Shown here: piece by piece, positions 38,812 to 53,300 of the stretch
Numbering within the stretch: position 1 is the first letter of the stretch
Layout of the letters: every line of letters starts with the position of its first letter
DNA from: Octopus sinensis
Lineage: Eukaryota
Direction: 5' to 3'
Length of the DNA stretch: 64,000 nt
Assembly: GCF_006345805.1 (NCBI RefSeq)
Contig: NC_043011.1
Location: forward strand, 42,172,464 to 42,236,463
Translations under genes and position numbers: made by a program
The notes under the pieces: model-generated
Seen by the model: the letters and a program-made list of their open reading frames with translations, nothing else
What the model was told of the DNA's origin: nothing
Database searches by the model: none

Positions 38812-39247
38812 ATTCTTTTGTTCTTTCACGTTTCAATTGACTGTGGCCATGCTGGAGCACCGCCTTAAAGGATTTTAGTTGAAGAAATCAGTCCCAGAAC
38901 TTATTCTTTGAAAGTCTAGTACTTATTCTATGGTCCGTTTTTTTTTTTGCCAATCCGCTAAGTTACTGGGTACATAAACACACCACCACCGGTTGTAAAG
39001 CGATGGTGCTGGTGGGGGGTCAAACACAGACAGAAAGACGCACACACATAAATATATACACACACACACACACATATATATATATACGACGGGATTCTTT
39101 CAGTTTCCGTCTACCAAATCCACTCACAAGACTTTGGTCGACCCGAGGCTATAGTAGAGGACACTTGCCTATGATGATATGCAGTGGGACTTGAACCCGG
39201 GTCTATGTGGTTGGGAAGCAGGCTTCTTACCACACAGCCACGCCTGC
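38812..39247 (-). mobile_element. Full-length SINE family 2
   Basis: Aligns to the other family 2 copies. Confidence 0.85.
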
Positions 39248-39296
39248 ATCTGTATATATAATATATATATATATATATACATATACATACATACAA

Positions 39297-40580
<1,284 letters not shown>

Positions 40581-41134
40581 AGGTCATGGTAGAAAATTTT
40601 CACGATAGCTGATTTATGGAAAAGATTATGTTAAATTTTTGAAATGCAAATATGTGAATGAAAATTAAGTTCAGACCTCTACATGGTAGGTAGACCTGGT
40701 AGAAATAGCAGCCAAATCTCCCTCCAAATACCCTACTGTATTAATCCGACAATTCTGCTTATTTTGTAGTTTTAATGAGAAACTGTAACTAATGATGAAG
40801 ATAATTAACCCCACAAAGAGGTGAAAGAAGAGAGACAGCATAGCGAAAGTTTTGGCTGACTGTCATCCTGTAGTCCCCTTGTTGCTAGCGAAATGGTATA
40901 TACCGGCTGTGTGAGCAACTGGTTGTTTTAATGGAAGAACAAAGATGGGAATTGCATTAGGAAAAGTTTTAATCGATTTTCTCGATAATTATAGGGAGCT
41001 AGGGGAAAAAATACAAAGCGCATTCCAATCTATGCACCCGTCTCCACATGTGTGCCATTTTTCACGCGAATGCACCCAGCCGTTTCGCTATGAACCTCAA
41101 GAACGAATGCAACGCTCTCCCATGTCCAATTTAT

Positions 41135-41202
<68 letters not shown>

Positions 41203-41219
41203 CATACATATATATATAT

Positions 41220-41262
<43 letters not shown>

Positions 41263-41281
41263 CATATATATATATACATAC

Positions 41282-41336
<55 letters not shown>

Positions 41337-41349
41337 ATATATATATATA

Positions 41350-41408
<59 letters not shown>

Positions 41409-41444
41409 TATATATATGTATGTATGTATGCATGTATATATGTG

Positions 41445-41645
41445 ACCGCGTGTGTATCGTTGGCGATTTTCTTTCTCCATCTTCCCTTCTTTGAGCTTTT
41501 TCTATATTTCTGATGAAGAGCTCCGCTCGAAAAGTGAAATCCTCATTCTTTTCTTTCCTTTACTGAGCCTCCAATGACACTACTTATTCCACGTCCTCGC
41601 GTTGTTGTTGTTTTTTCTTGCTTGTTCATGTTTGGATTGACTATA
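41445..41645 (+). mobile_element. Penelope-like pLTR-type fragment with a decayed minimal hammerhead (41506-41540)
   Basis: ATTT-CTGATGA-A-GAGC-TCC-GCTC-GAAAA-GTG-AAAT. Stems I and II pair, but positions 15.2 and 17 are non-canonical. Confidence 0.5.
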
Positions 41646-41997
41646 TGTATATGAACCTTTGATAGGTTTCAGTCAGTATAGGCCCAGACCATGTCTAACT
41701 TAATAGCACCGCCTGGTGAAGTCTTTTAGTCATGTATGGGGCACCGTGGCCCACTTTAGCTAAGGGTTATTATTGTTGCAGACATATCCGGGTGTAGAAG
41801 GTTGGTCCAGGACTTTTTAAAGTAATTTGACCAATGAACGTTTGAATTTTATGGGATCCGTTTCCGTTTTGACGTATTTTGGTATGGTATTAAAGAGAGT
41901 CGGGCCGGGTTACGTAATGTTATGTGTCAGATATATATAAAATTTCTTATCGCACAGCCACTACTTATATATAGCACAACTACTTATGCTTTTTAGA

Positions 41998-42360
41998 CGT
42001 GGCTGTGTGGTAAGAAACTTGATTCCTAACCACATGGTTCCGGGTTCAGTCCCACTGCGTGGAACCTTGGGCAAGTGTCTTCTACTGAAGCCATGTGAGT
42101 GGATTTGGTAGACAGAAACTGAAATAAGCCCATCGTATATATATTCTTTATTCTTTTATTTTTTCAGTTATTTGACTGCGGCCATGCTGGAGCACCGCCT
42201 TTAGTCAAACAAATCGACCCCAAGACTTATTCTTTGTAAGTCTAGTACTTATTCTATCGGTGTCTTTTGCAGCACCGCTAAGTTACGGGGACGTAAGCAC
42301 ACGAACATCAGTTGTCAAGTGATGTTGGGGGGGGGACCAACAGGCACACAAACACACACA
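41998..42360. mobile_element. Two half copies of SINE family 2: 5' half on plus (41998-42135), 3' half on minus (42145-42360)
   Basis: Alignment by eye to the 28506-28894 copy. Confidence 0.75.
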
Positions 42361-42994
42361 AATGTCTATATATATATATGCATACACACATACGTACATA
42401 CATACATGCATACATACCCCCCCACACACACACACACGTTCGTGAGTGTGCGTGTATATCAGTAGCATGTCGGCCATGTTATAGTGGTTATTTTCACACC
42501 TCCCAGCTAAGGTGTCCATACCAAGCTGTCAATATATATCTCTCTTTATTTAACATTTAGCAATGGAGAAGTCACACCTCTCGTCCCCCGTCCCCGACCT
42601 TGCCATCACTCACCTCCGCCAATTCCAACTCATTCTTGTCACAACGCCAAATTCTTCTATGGTATACGTATTGGGTTTTTATTCTTAAACTAACAAGGTG
42701 GCTGTCGCAGCTCCTTCCCCCTTCTCTCTCTCTCTCTCACACACACATAGAAAGAGAGGGAGGGGGAGGGGGAGAGAAATCTCGGCGCCTGAGGAACGTG
42801 CTCGTCATGATACTCAGAGTGACGACGTGATGAAGTTTTCCCTTTTCCCTGGATGTATTTTTTAAAAAAATCTTTGTTTTGAGTAGGGGTTCCCTCGTGT
42901 TTATATAGTGGAATATACATTTGTAAGGAGTGGAAGGTATGGACAGGCAGAGCAGTCAAACTGTTAATACACACGCGCATATATAATATATATA

Positions 42995-43051
<57 letters not shown>

Positions 43052-43123
43052 TCTTGTATGTATGCATATGTGTATATATAATGATGGTGTACATAAACTT
43101 GCTTGTGGGTGTTCAGTTCAGCA

Positions 43124-43162
<39 letters not shown>

Positions 43163-43211
43163 ATATAAGGTATACATACACACACGCAGACACACATTTA
43201 TATATATTTAC

Positions 43212-43260
<49 letters not shown>

Positions 43261-45019
43261 TATGTATATGCTTATACGTACATACATGCATATACATAGA
43301 CACACATGCATGTAAAAACACATACACACAAATACAGACATTAAACCCCTTAATATGGGGCGCGTGCGCGTGTATCTGTGTATGTATGTGTGTGTGGTAT
43401 GTGTGTGGTGTGCGTGCGCGCGTGTGTGCACGTGTGTGGTGCGTGTGCATGTGTGGGGGTAGGGTGTGTAACTCTGTAGGTAAAGCAATCCAGTTGTATT
43501 GCTTTAATTCTGAGTCTTGTCGATAATGAATGTTTTGACAACATCTTGGAAGGTTTTTAAGCTGAATATAAACACTCCGAAAGTGTGTATAAATAGGACT
43601 GACTGGGCGGCGACAGCGTGTATGATGTGCAGAGATGATCAATGGTAAAGCAATATGGCACTCGTGCCTTCTCCACTTCATACACCTTCGATTTATCCAT
43701 CCACCCCATTTCTCTCCTCCTTCCCTCTTTCCCCTCTCTCTCTCTCCCCCCTCTCCGTCTCCCTCCCCTTCTCTCCATCTTCCCTCTCCCTGTCTCTCTC
43801 CCTCTGTTTCTCTTTATCTTTCATCTTCCATTTTTTTTTTGGCTATTTCGTCTTCATTCGTTTCTCTTAGTATGTTTGTGGCTTTTAAGCGTTTGTGTCT
43901 CTGCGGATGTTTTTAGTGTACGTGTGTGTGTGTGTGTGTGTATGTGTGTGTATGCGCATGCACGCGTACAGTGGTCTGTGAGTGTCGGTTAAACTTCGTT
44001 CTTTTTTGCTGCTGTATTGTGTCTACGGCCTGGTTTCAATCCACAGCTATTCCGCTTCATTCTATGGATCTTTTGTGTTTGGCTGTCACTTTCCAATTTC
44101 TTCAATTTTTCTTCCAGTTGATTTCATATTTGGCGTATTGGTGTAGTTTTTAAAGTAATCATTGACGTGAAATTCATTTTCGCCATAAATCAATAAGTAA
44201 AGAGTCAATTGCTTTTAAAGTTTGCAAGTTTTGGGTAATTTTAGCCAATCGAAAGCCACAGACATGTATATGCCTATTTCTATAGTAACAAGCCAAGCTG
44301 TCCCATTCTATTAACTTACCATCTGAAGCTAGATCAACTTCTGCTTTTCTGCTGACCTTCCACCGTTAGACATGCTACATCAACACAGACTTCAGTGATG
44401 CTCCATCGATCATACTGGCCCATAGAACAACATGAACATCCATCTGGATCGATGGATGGACCCTTCATTCGAATTTGAACATCAACAAAGTAGTTGTTTT
44501 TTTTTCAGGCGTGTATGTATGTATGTATGTATGTATGTATGTATGTATGTATGTATGTATGTATATATGTATGTATGTATGTATGTATATATGTATGTAT
44601 GTATGCATTTATGTATGTATTTATGTATGTATGTATGTATGTATGTATGTATGTATGTATGTACGTATTTATGTATGTATGTATGTATGTATGTATGCAT
44701 GCATGTATGTATGTATGTAATTATGTATGTATGTATGTATGCATGCATTATGTATGTATGTGTCTGTGTGTGTGTGTCTTTGTATCTGTGTTTGTCCTCC
44801 ACCACCACTTGACAAGCGTAGCTAGATTGGCCTTCATACTGGCAAGACTGGATAAAAGTCCTTCTGTGATTCATCCAATAATGCAGTATCGCCTGATGAA
44901 ATGACTCAATGATGATGACCAATGAGGATGCTCATGGATAATACGGATTATACTGTATTAATTCCAAGGATACCGACTCTGATGTTAAAATCATGCGAAT
45001 TGTGGAAACGCGCGTAGCA

Positions 45020-45101
45020 TATGGCGTAGTGGTTAAGAGCGCGGGCTACTAACTAACCCCAAGATTCCGAGTTCGATTCCAGTTCGATAATAATAATAAT
45101 A

Positions 45102-45137
<36 letters not shown>

Positions 45138-45316
45138 CAACAACATAGAAAAATACTTTTAGAATGAGAACCCAGGTTCGAAATTTCCTCCAAGACAGCT
45201 GATGAAGGCTGGAGGTTATATCAGCCGAAACATTGTGTTAAGAACAAACAAGATGAGGACAAATATCCATCAAATGTAAATAATGTACATAATTCCTCAT
45301 CTCTTAAATATAGAAG
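45020..45316 (+). mobile_element. tRNA-headed SINE with internal (AAT)n and a hammerhead-like motif in its 3' part
   Basis: A-box TGGCGTAGTGG (45022-32) and B-box GTTCGATTC (45071-79). Motif at 45194-45239: GACAG-CTGATGA-A-GGCTG-loop-CAGCC-GAAAC-ATT-GTGTT. Flanked by a gcgtagc duplication. Confidence 0.75.
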
Positions 45317-45372
45317 TGCGTAGCGATGTATTAAATATTTATAAATTCCATCCTAGAATTATTATTACATAC

Positions 45373-45469
<97 letters not shown>

Positions 45470-45686
45470 TACGGCAAATAAGAAAAGAGGATATAAAATC
45501 GACAGACATCAGCCAGTAAACATTCAAGTATGTCTATTTATTCAATTGTAAAGGATGAATACACACACATGTATGAGTTATACAGATTAGCGAGTGGAAA
45601 AAAGCTGGTAACTGCATAGACAAGGGTGTGAATACATTTACATTTATATTTTTGCTCATTTGTTTCTATATACTTATATGTATTCA

Positions 45687-46020
45687 GTGAAGGCGCGTGG
45701 CTCAGTGATTAGAACGTCGAGCTTACGATCGTGAGGTTGTGAGCTCGAATCCCGGACCGTGCTGCGTGTTGTGTTCTTGAGCAAGACGCTTTATTTCACG
45801 TTGCTCCAGTTAACTCAGCTGTAGAAATGAGTTGCGATGTCACAGGTGCCAAGCTGTATCGGCCTTTGCCTTTCCCTTGGATAACACTGGTGACTGGAGA
45901 GAGGAGGCCGGTATGCATGGGCGACTGCTGGTCTTCCATAAACCACCTTGCCCAGACTTGTGCCTCAGAGGGTAATTCTCTAGGTGCAAGCCCATGGTCA
46001 GTGTCTGACCGAAGGGGGTT
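45687..46020 (+). mobile_element. tRNA-SINE family 3, full length, with an alternative 3' tail
   Basis: Head ggcgcgtggctcagtg...gctcgaatccc and CORE-like ttgagcaagac. The tail is related to about 18990-19090. Confidence 0.8.
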
Positions 46021-46370
46021 ACAAACAATCACACAATATGTATTCACAACCTTGTCTATGCAGTTACCAACTTTTTCTACTCGCTAATCTGTGTAACTCA
46101 TACATGTGTGTGTGTGTATTCATCTAATACAATTGAATGAATAAATAGACACACTTGAATGTTTACTGGCTGATGTCTGTCGATTGTATATCCTCTCTGT
46201 TTTCTCATTTGCCGCATAAATCAAGAGTAAATCACTCTTTTCCCCCCGCCCAGATATAACACTCAATTGCGAGATTGCCATGCACTTGACTGTGAATAAT
46301 TGGGTACACTACCAGCACTATTTTGGATAGGCACTATCCCTTAGTTGGTTTCTCAACCTCTAACTCACAC

Positions 46371-46418
<48 letters not shown>

Positions 46419-46519
46419 TATATATTATATATATATATATATATGTAGGTCCCGGGTTGATTCGGGGTTAACCACAGTAAATAAGGTACTCAATACATAG
46501 CAGAGTAAAATTAATTTAT

Positions 46520-46630
46520 TATATAGAAGGAGCTTCTACAGGACTAGAACTGTTTCATTCAAGAGAAATCTTCAGGAAGCTTCCTGAAGATTTCTCTTGA
46601 ATGAAACAGTTCTAGTCCTGTAGAAGCTCC

Positions 46631-46639
<9 letters not shown>
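46520..46639. repeat. Perfect 120-bp palindrome with no spacer, containing a hammerhead-like core
   Basis: Centred on aagctt at 46577-46582. The right arm reads CTGAAGA (46584-90), GAAAC (46603-07), GTC (46615-17). Confidence 0.9.
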
Positions 46640-46672
<33 letters not shown>

Positions 46673-46947
46673 GCATGTACAGAGAGAGAGAGAGGGAGGG
46701 AGAGGAAAAGACAGTCTTCTTTCAGTTTCCATCTATTACACTTGTTTACAAAATTTTTTTTAGCTCACATCTCCCATTTTAATTATACTGCATATCAATT
46801 CAAAATATAATGTGTTTATTTCATCTGTTACAAATGCATATTACAGAAAAGAAAAAGAAACCACAGAAAGCAGCATAGATACAGAACATTCACGGAACTA
46901 AATTACTTGGATAATACAATACACACATATCATAATACAGCAGACAG

Positions 46948-47320
46948 TCAGAAATGAGTTTTTTTCGACGATCTTATGTACTTTGCCTCCGGGATGTTAC
47001 GCAAGAGCATCCAGCAAAAGTCCTCCTTCATATTGGAGGTTCTACTTGCCTTCGTAGTTTCTCTCCATCTTAGTAATATCTTGGTGGAGCCTTTCTCCAT
47101 GCTCATCACTCACTGCTCCGAGCTTCGGAGAGAAGTTGAGGTGTGAGTGGAAAAAGTGAATTTTAGTGATATTCAGCATCCCATATCCTCATAAGACTGT
47201 AACAGCTTCTCGGTACACTCTTGGTAATCTAGTACCCGTGTGTTACCAAGAAGTTGAGATAGGAGTGGAGAAAGTGAATTTTGAGTGATATTCAGTATTC
47301 CATATCCTCATAAGACTGTA
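46948..47320 (-). pseudogene. C-terminal part of a Chapaev-type (CMC superfamily) transposase
   Basis: Minus strand: FLGN...LLQSYEDMGC*ISLKIHFFHSHLNF...LGAVSDEHGERLHQDITKME...AKYIRSSKKTHF*, with the stop at 46948-50. Confidence 0.85.
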
Positions 47321-50300
47321 GAAAATTTTCCCCAAAAATTTTTCGAAAATTTTCACCGAAAATATTACCCGAAAATTTTTCGAAAATTGGCACCGCTGGC
47401 TTTCCATACTTTGTGATTTGGGCACCGCTGGCTTTTCATACTTTGTGATTTGGGCACCACTGGCCTTCCATACTTTGTGATTTTGGCACCGCTGGCCTTC
47501 CATACTTTGTGATTTTGGCACCGCAAATGTTATCCGACAATGTTTCAAAAATTTTACCCAAAAAGTTTTCGAAAATTTTCACCAAAAATTTTACCCAAAA
47601 AGTTTTCGAAAATTTTCACCAACAATTTTCCCCAAAAATTTTCCGAATATTTTCACCGAAAATTTTACCCGAAAATTTTACCGAAAATTTTGCGAAAATT
47701 ACCGAAAATTTTACCCAAATATTTTCCGAAAATTTTAACCAGAAAGTTTTCGAAAATTTTCATTAAAAACTTTACCCAAAAATTTACCGAACATTTCACC
47801 CAAAAAGTTTTCGAAAATTTACTCCAAAAACTTTTCGAAAATTTTCAACGAAAATTTTACCCAAAAATTTTTACCGAAATTTTTCAAAAATTTTTCGAAA
47901 ATTTTACCCAAAAATTTTCCGAATAATTTCACCCAAAAATTTTGCGAAAATTTTCACAGAAAATTTTACACAAAAATTTACCGAAAATTTTAATTTTCCC
48001 TAAAAAATTTTGCGAAAATTTTCACAGAAAATTTTACACAAAAATTTACCGAAAATTTTAATTTTCCCTAAAAAATTTTGCGAAAATTTTTGGAAAATTG
48101 GCACCGCTGGCTTTCCATACTTTGTGATTTGGGCACCGCTGGCTTTTCATGCTTTGTGATTTGGGCACCACTGGCCTTCCATACTTTGTGATTTGGGAAC
48201 CGCTGGCCTTCCATACTTTGTGATTTTGGCACCGCAAATGTTATCCGACAATTTTCCGAAAATTTTATCCAAAAAGTTTTCGAAAATTTTACCCAAAAAT
48301 TTTCCAAATATTTTCACCGAAAATTTTCCCCAAAAATATTGCGAAAATTACCGAGAATTTTAAGCAGAAAGTTTTCGAAAATTTTCACCGAAGACTTTAC
48401 CCAAAAATTTACCGAAAATTTCACCTAAAAAGTTTTCGAAAATTTTCACAGAAAATTTTATCCAAAAATTTTCCGAAAAATTTCACCGAAAATTTTAACC
48501 AAAAAGTTTTCGAAAATTTTCACCGAAAACTTTACCCAAAAATTTACCGAAAATTTTAACCTAAAAAGTTTTCGAATATTTTCACCGAAAATTTTACCCA
48601 AAAATTTTGCGAAAATTTTCACCGAATATTTTCTGAAAATTTTCACCGAAAATTTTACCCAAAAATTTTCCGAAAATTTCACCTAAAAAGTTTTCGAAAA
48701 TCTTCCCCAAAAATTTTTCGAAAATTTCACTGAAAATTTTCTCCAAAAGAGGGTGCCGAAAGAGATCAAAGAGGGTACCGACAGAGATCAAAGAGGTTAC
48801 CGAAAGAGATGAAAGAGGACTACCGAAAGAGATCAAAGAGGGTGTCGAAAGAGATCAAAGAGGTTGCCGACATAGATCAAAGAGGATTACCGAAAAAGAT
48901 CAAAGATGGTGCCGACAGAGATCAAAGAGGGTGCCGACATAGATCAAAGAGGAGTACCGAAAAAGATCAAAGAGGTTACCGACAAATCAAAGAGGGTGCC
49001 GACAGAGATCAAAGAGGAGTACCGAAAAAGATCAAAGAAGGTGTCGACAGAGATCAAAGAGGGTGCCGAAAGAGATGAAAGAGGACTACCAAAAGAGATC
49101 AAAGAGGGTGTCGAAAGAGATCAAAGAGGGTGCCGACAGAGATCAAAGAGGTTGCCGATATAGGCCAAAGAGGAGTACCGAAAAAGATCAAAGAGGGTGC
49201 CGACAGAGACCAAAGAGGGTGCCGACAGAGATCAAAGAGAATACCGAAAAGATCAAAGACAAATACCGAAAGAGATCAAAGAGGGTACCGACAGAGATGA
49301 AAGAGGGTGTCGACAGAGATCAAAGAGAGTGCCGAAAGAGATCAAAGAGGAGTGCCGAAAGAGAGGAAAAAGGAGTACCGAAAAAGATCAAAGAGGTTGC
49401 CGACAGAGACCAAAGAGGAGTACCGAAAAAGATCAAAGAGGAGTGCCGAAAGAGATGAAAAAGGAATACCGAAAGAGATAAAAGGGGGGCCGACAGAGAT
49501 CAAAGAGGAGTACCGAAAGAGATGAAAAAAAGGTGCCGACAGAGATCAAAGTTGCCAAAAGAGATCAAAGAGTACCGAAAAAATCAAAGAGGAGTACCAA
49601 AAACGATCTAAGAGGATGCCGACAGAGATCAAAGAGGGTACCGAATGTGATCAAAGAGTGTGCCGGCATAGATCAAAGAGGAGTACCGAAAAAGATCAAA
49701 GAGGGTGCCGACAGAGATCAAAGAGGAGTACCGAAAATATCAAATAGGGTGCCGAAAGACATCAAAGAGGAGTACCGAAAAAGATCAAAGAGGATGCCGA
49801 ATGTGAACAAAGAGGAGTACCGTAAAAGATCAAAGAGGGTGCCGACAGAGATCAAATAGGGTGCCGAAAGACATCAAAGAGGAGTGCCGAAAGAGATGAA
49901 AAAGGAGTACCGAAAGAGATAAAAGAGGGGCCGACATAGATCAAAGAGGAGTACCGAAAGAGATGAAAAAGCAGTACCGGAAAGATCAAAGAAGATGCCA
50001 ACAGATATCAAAGAGGATGCCGAAAGAGATCAAAGGAGGGCCGACAGAGATCAAAGGGGAGTACCGAAAGAGATCAAAGAGGGTACCGACAGAGATCAAA
50101 GAGGTTGCCGACAGACCAAAAAGGAGTACCGAAAAAGATCAAAGAGGGTGCCGACATAGACCAAAGAGGAGTACCGAAAAAGATCAAAGATGGTGCCGAC
50201 AGAGATCAAAGAGGGTGCCGAAATAGATCAAAGAAGGGCCGACAGAGATCAAAGAGGAGTACCGAAAGAGATCAAAGAGGGTACCGACAGATCAAAGAGG

Positions 50301-53300
50301 GTACAGACAGAGATCAAAGAGGGGTGTCGAAAGAGATGAAAGAGGACTACCGAAAGAGATCAAAGAGGGTGTCGAAAGAGATCAAAGAGGTTGCCGACAT
50401 AGATCAAAGAGGAGTACCGAAAAAGATCAAAGAGGTTGCCGACAGAGACAAAGAGGGTGCCGACAGAGATCAAAGAGGAGTACCGAAAGAGATGAAAGAG
50501 GACTACCAAAAGAGATCAAAGAGGGTGTCGAAAGAGATCAAAGAGAGTGCCTACAGAGATCAAAGAGGTTGCCGATATAGGCCAAAGAGGAGTACCGAAA
50601 AAGATCAAAGAGGTTGCCGACAGAGACCAAAGAGGGTGCCGACAGAGATCAAAGAGGTTGCAGACATAGGCCAAAGAGGAGTACCGAAAAAGATCAAAGA
50701 GGGTGCCGACAGAGATGAAAGAGGGTGCCGAAAGAGATCAAAGAGGAGTGCCGAATGAGATGAAAAAGGAGTACCGAAAAAGATCAAAGAGTTTGCCGAC
50801 AGAGATCAAAGAAGGTGCCGACAGAGACCAAAGAGGAGTACCGAAAAAGATCAAAGAGGGTGCCGACAGAGATCAAAGAGGAGTACCGACAAAGATAAAA
50901 AAAGGTGCCGACAGAGATCAAAGAGAGTGCCAAAAGAGATCAAAGAGGAGTACCGAAAAAATCAAAATGGAGTACCAAAAAGATCAAAGAGGATGCCGAT
51001 AGATCAAAGAGGGTGCCGAAAGACATCAAAGAGTGTGTCGGCATAGATCAAAGAGGAGTACCGAAAAAGATCAAAGAGGGTGCCGACAGAGATCAAAGAG
51101 GAGTACCGAAAATATCAAATAGGGTGCCGAAAGACATCAAAGAGGAGTACCGTAAAAGATCAAAGAGGGTGCCGACAGAGATAAAATAGGGTGCCGAAAG
51201 ACATCAAAGAGGAGTGCCGAAAGAGATGAAAAAGCAGTACCGAAAGAGATCAAAGAAGATGCCGACAGATATCAAAGAGGATGCCGAAAGAGATCAAAGG
51301 GGAGTACCGAAAGAGATCAAAGAGGGTACCGACAGAGATCAAAGAGGTTGCCGACATAGACCAAAAAGGAGTACCGAAAAAGATCAAAGAAGGTGCCGAC
51401 ATAGACCAAAGAGGAATACCGAAAAAGATCAAAGATGGTGCCGACAGAGATCAAAGAGGGTGCCGAAATAGATCAAAGAAGGGCCGACAGAGATCAAAGA
51501 GGAGTACCGAAAAAGATAAACGAGGAGTACCGAAAGCGATCAAAGAGGGTACCGACAGAGATCAAAGAGGGTACAGACAGAGATCAAAGGGGGGTGCCGA
51601 AAGAGATGAAAAAGGAGTACCGAAAGAGATCAAAGAGGGTGCCGAATGTGAACAAAGAGGGTGCCGACATAGATCAAAGAGGAGTACCGTAAAAGATCAA
51701 AGAGGGTGCCGACAGAGATCAAATAGGGTGCCGAAAGACATCAAAGAGGAGTGCCGAAAGAGATGAAAAAGGAGTACCGAAAGAGATCAAAGAGGGTGCC
51801 GAATGTGAACAAAGAGGGTGCCGACATAGATCAAAGAGGAGTACCGTAAAAGATCAAAGAGGGTGCCGACAGAGATCAAATAGGGTGCCGAAAGACATCA
51901 AAGAGGAGTGCCGAAAGAGATGAAAAAGGAGTACCGAAAGAGATGAATAAGCAGTACCGAAAGAGATCAAAGAGGTTGTCGAAAGAGATCAAAGAGGGTA
52001 CCGACATAGACCAAAGAGGTGTACCGAAAGAGATGAAAGAAGAGTACCGAAAAGATCAAAGATGCCGACAGATATCAAAGAGGATGCCGAAAGAGATCAA
52101 AGGAGGGCCGACAGAGATCAAAAGGGAGTACCGAAAAAGATCAAAGAGGGTGCCGACAGAGATCAAAGAGGGTGCTGAAATAGATCAAAGAAGGGCCGAC
52201 AGAGATCAAAGAGTACCGAAAAAGATCAACGAGGTGTACCGAAAGAGATCAAAGAGGGTACCGACAGAGATCAAAGAGGGTACAGACAGAGATCAAAGAA
52301 GGTACAGACAGACATCAAAGATGGGTGCCGAAAGATGAAAAAGGAGTACCGAAAGAGATCAAAGAGGTTGTCGAAAGAGATCAAAGAGATGTACCGAAAA
52401 AGATCAAAGGGTACCGACAGAGATCAAAGAGGGTGCCGACAGAGATCAAAGAGGGTGCCGACAGAGATCAAAGAGGGTGCCGACAGAGATCAACTAGTGT
52501 GCCGAAAGAGATGAAAAAGGAGTACCGAAAGAGATCAAAGAGGTTGTCGAAAGAGATCAAAGAGGGTCCGACAGAGATCAAAGAGGGTACCGACAGAGAT
52601 CAAAGAGGAGTACCGAAAAAGATCAAAGAGGGTGCCGAAAGAGATCAAAGAGGTTGCCGACATATACCAAAGAGGAGTACCGAAAAAGATCAAAGAGGGT
52701 GCCGGCAGAGATCAAAGAGGGTTCCGACAGAGATCAAAGAGGGTGCCGAAAGAGATGAAAGAGGAGTACCGAAAAAGATCAAAGAAGGTGCCGACAGAGA
52801 TCAAAGAGGGTACCGACAGAGATCAAAGAGGGGTGCCGAATGAGATGAGAAAGGAGTACCATAAGAGATCAAAGATGTTGTCGATAGAGATCAAAGAGGG
52901 TGCCGACAGAGATCAAAGAGGTTGCCGACAGAGACCAAAGAGGAGTACCGAAAAAGATCAAAGAGGAGTACCGAAAAAGATCTATGAGGGTGCCGAAAGA
53001 GATCAAAGAGGAGTGCTGAAAGAGATGAAAAAGGAGTATCGAACGAGATCAAAGAGGTTGTCGAAAGAGATCAAAGTGGGTGCCGACAGAGATCAAAGAG
53101 GTTGCCGACAGAGATCAACGAGGAGTGCCGAAAAAGATCAAAGAGGGTACCGACAGAGATCAAAGAGGGTGCCGACAGAGATCAAATAGGTGCCGAAAGA
53201 GATCAAATAGGAGTGCCGAAAGAGATGAAAAAGGTACCGAAAGATATCAAAGAGGGGCCGGCACAGATCAAAGAGGGTACCGGAAGAGATGAAAGAGGAG

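Noticed and set aside
41048-41480. YI/IY, HT and VC-rich ORFs here and throughout the window
   Set aside because: Translations of (TA)n, (CA)n and (TACA)n microsatellites.
45020-45082. tRNA gene
   Set aside because: It lacks a pairing acceptor stem, has a taac duplication in the anticodon arm and continues into a SINE body, so it is a SINE head.
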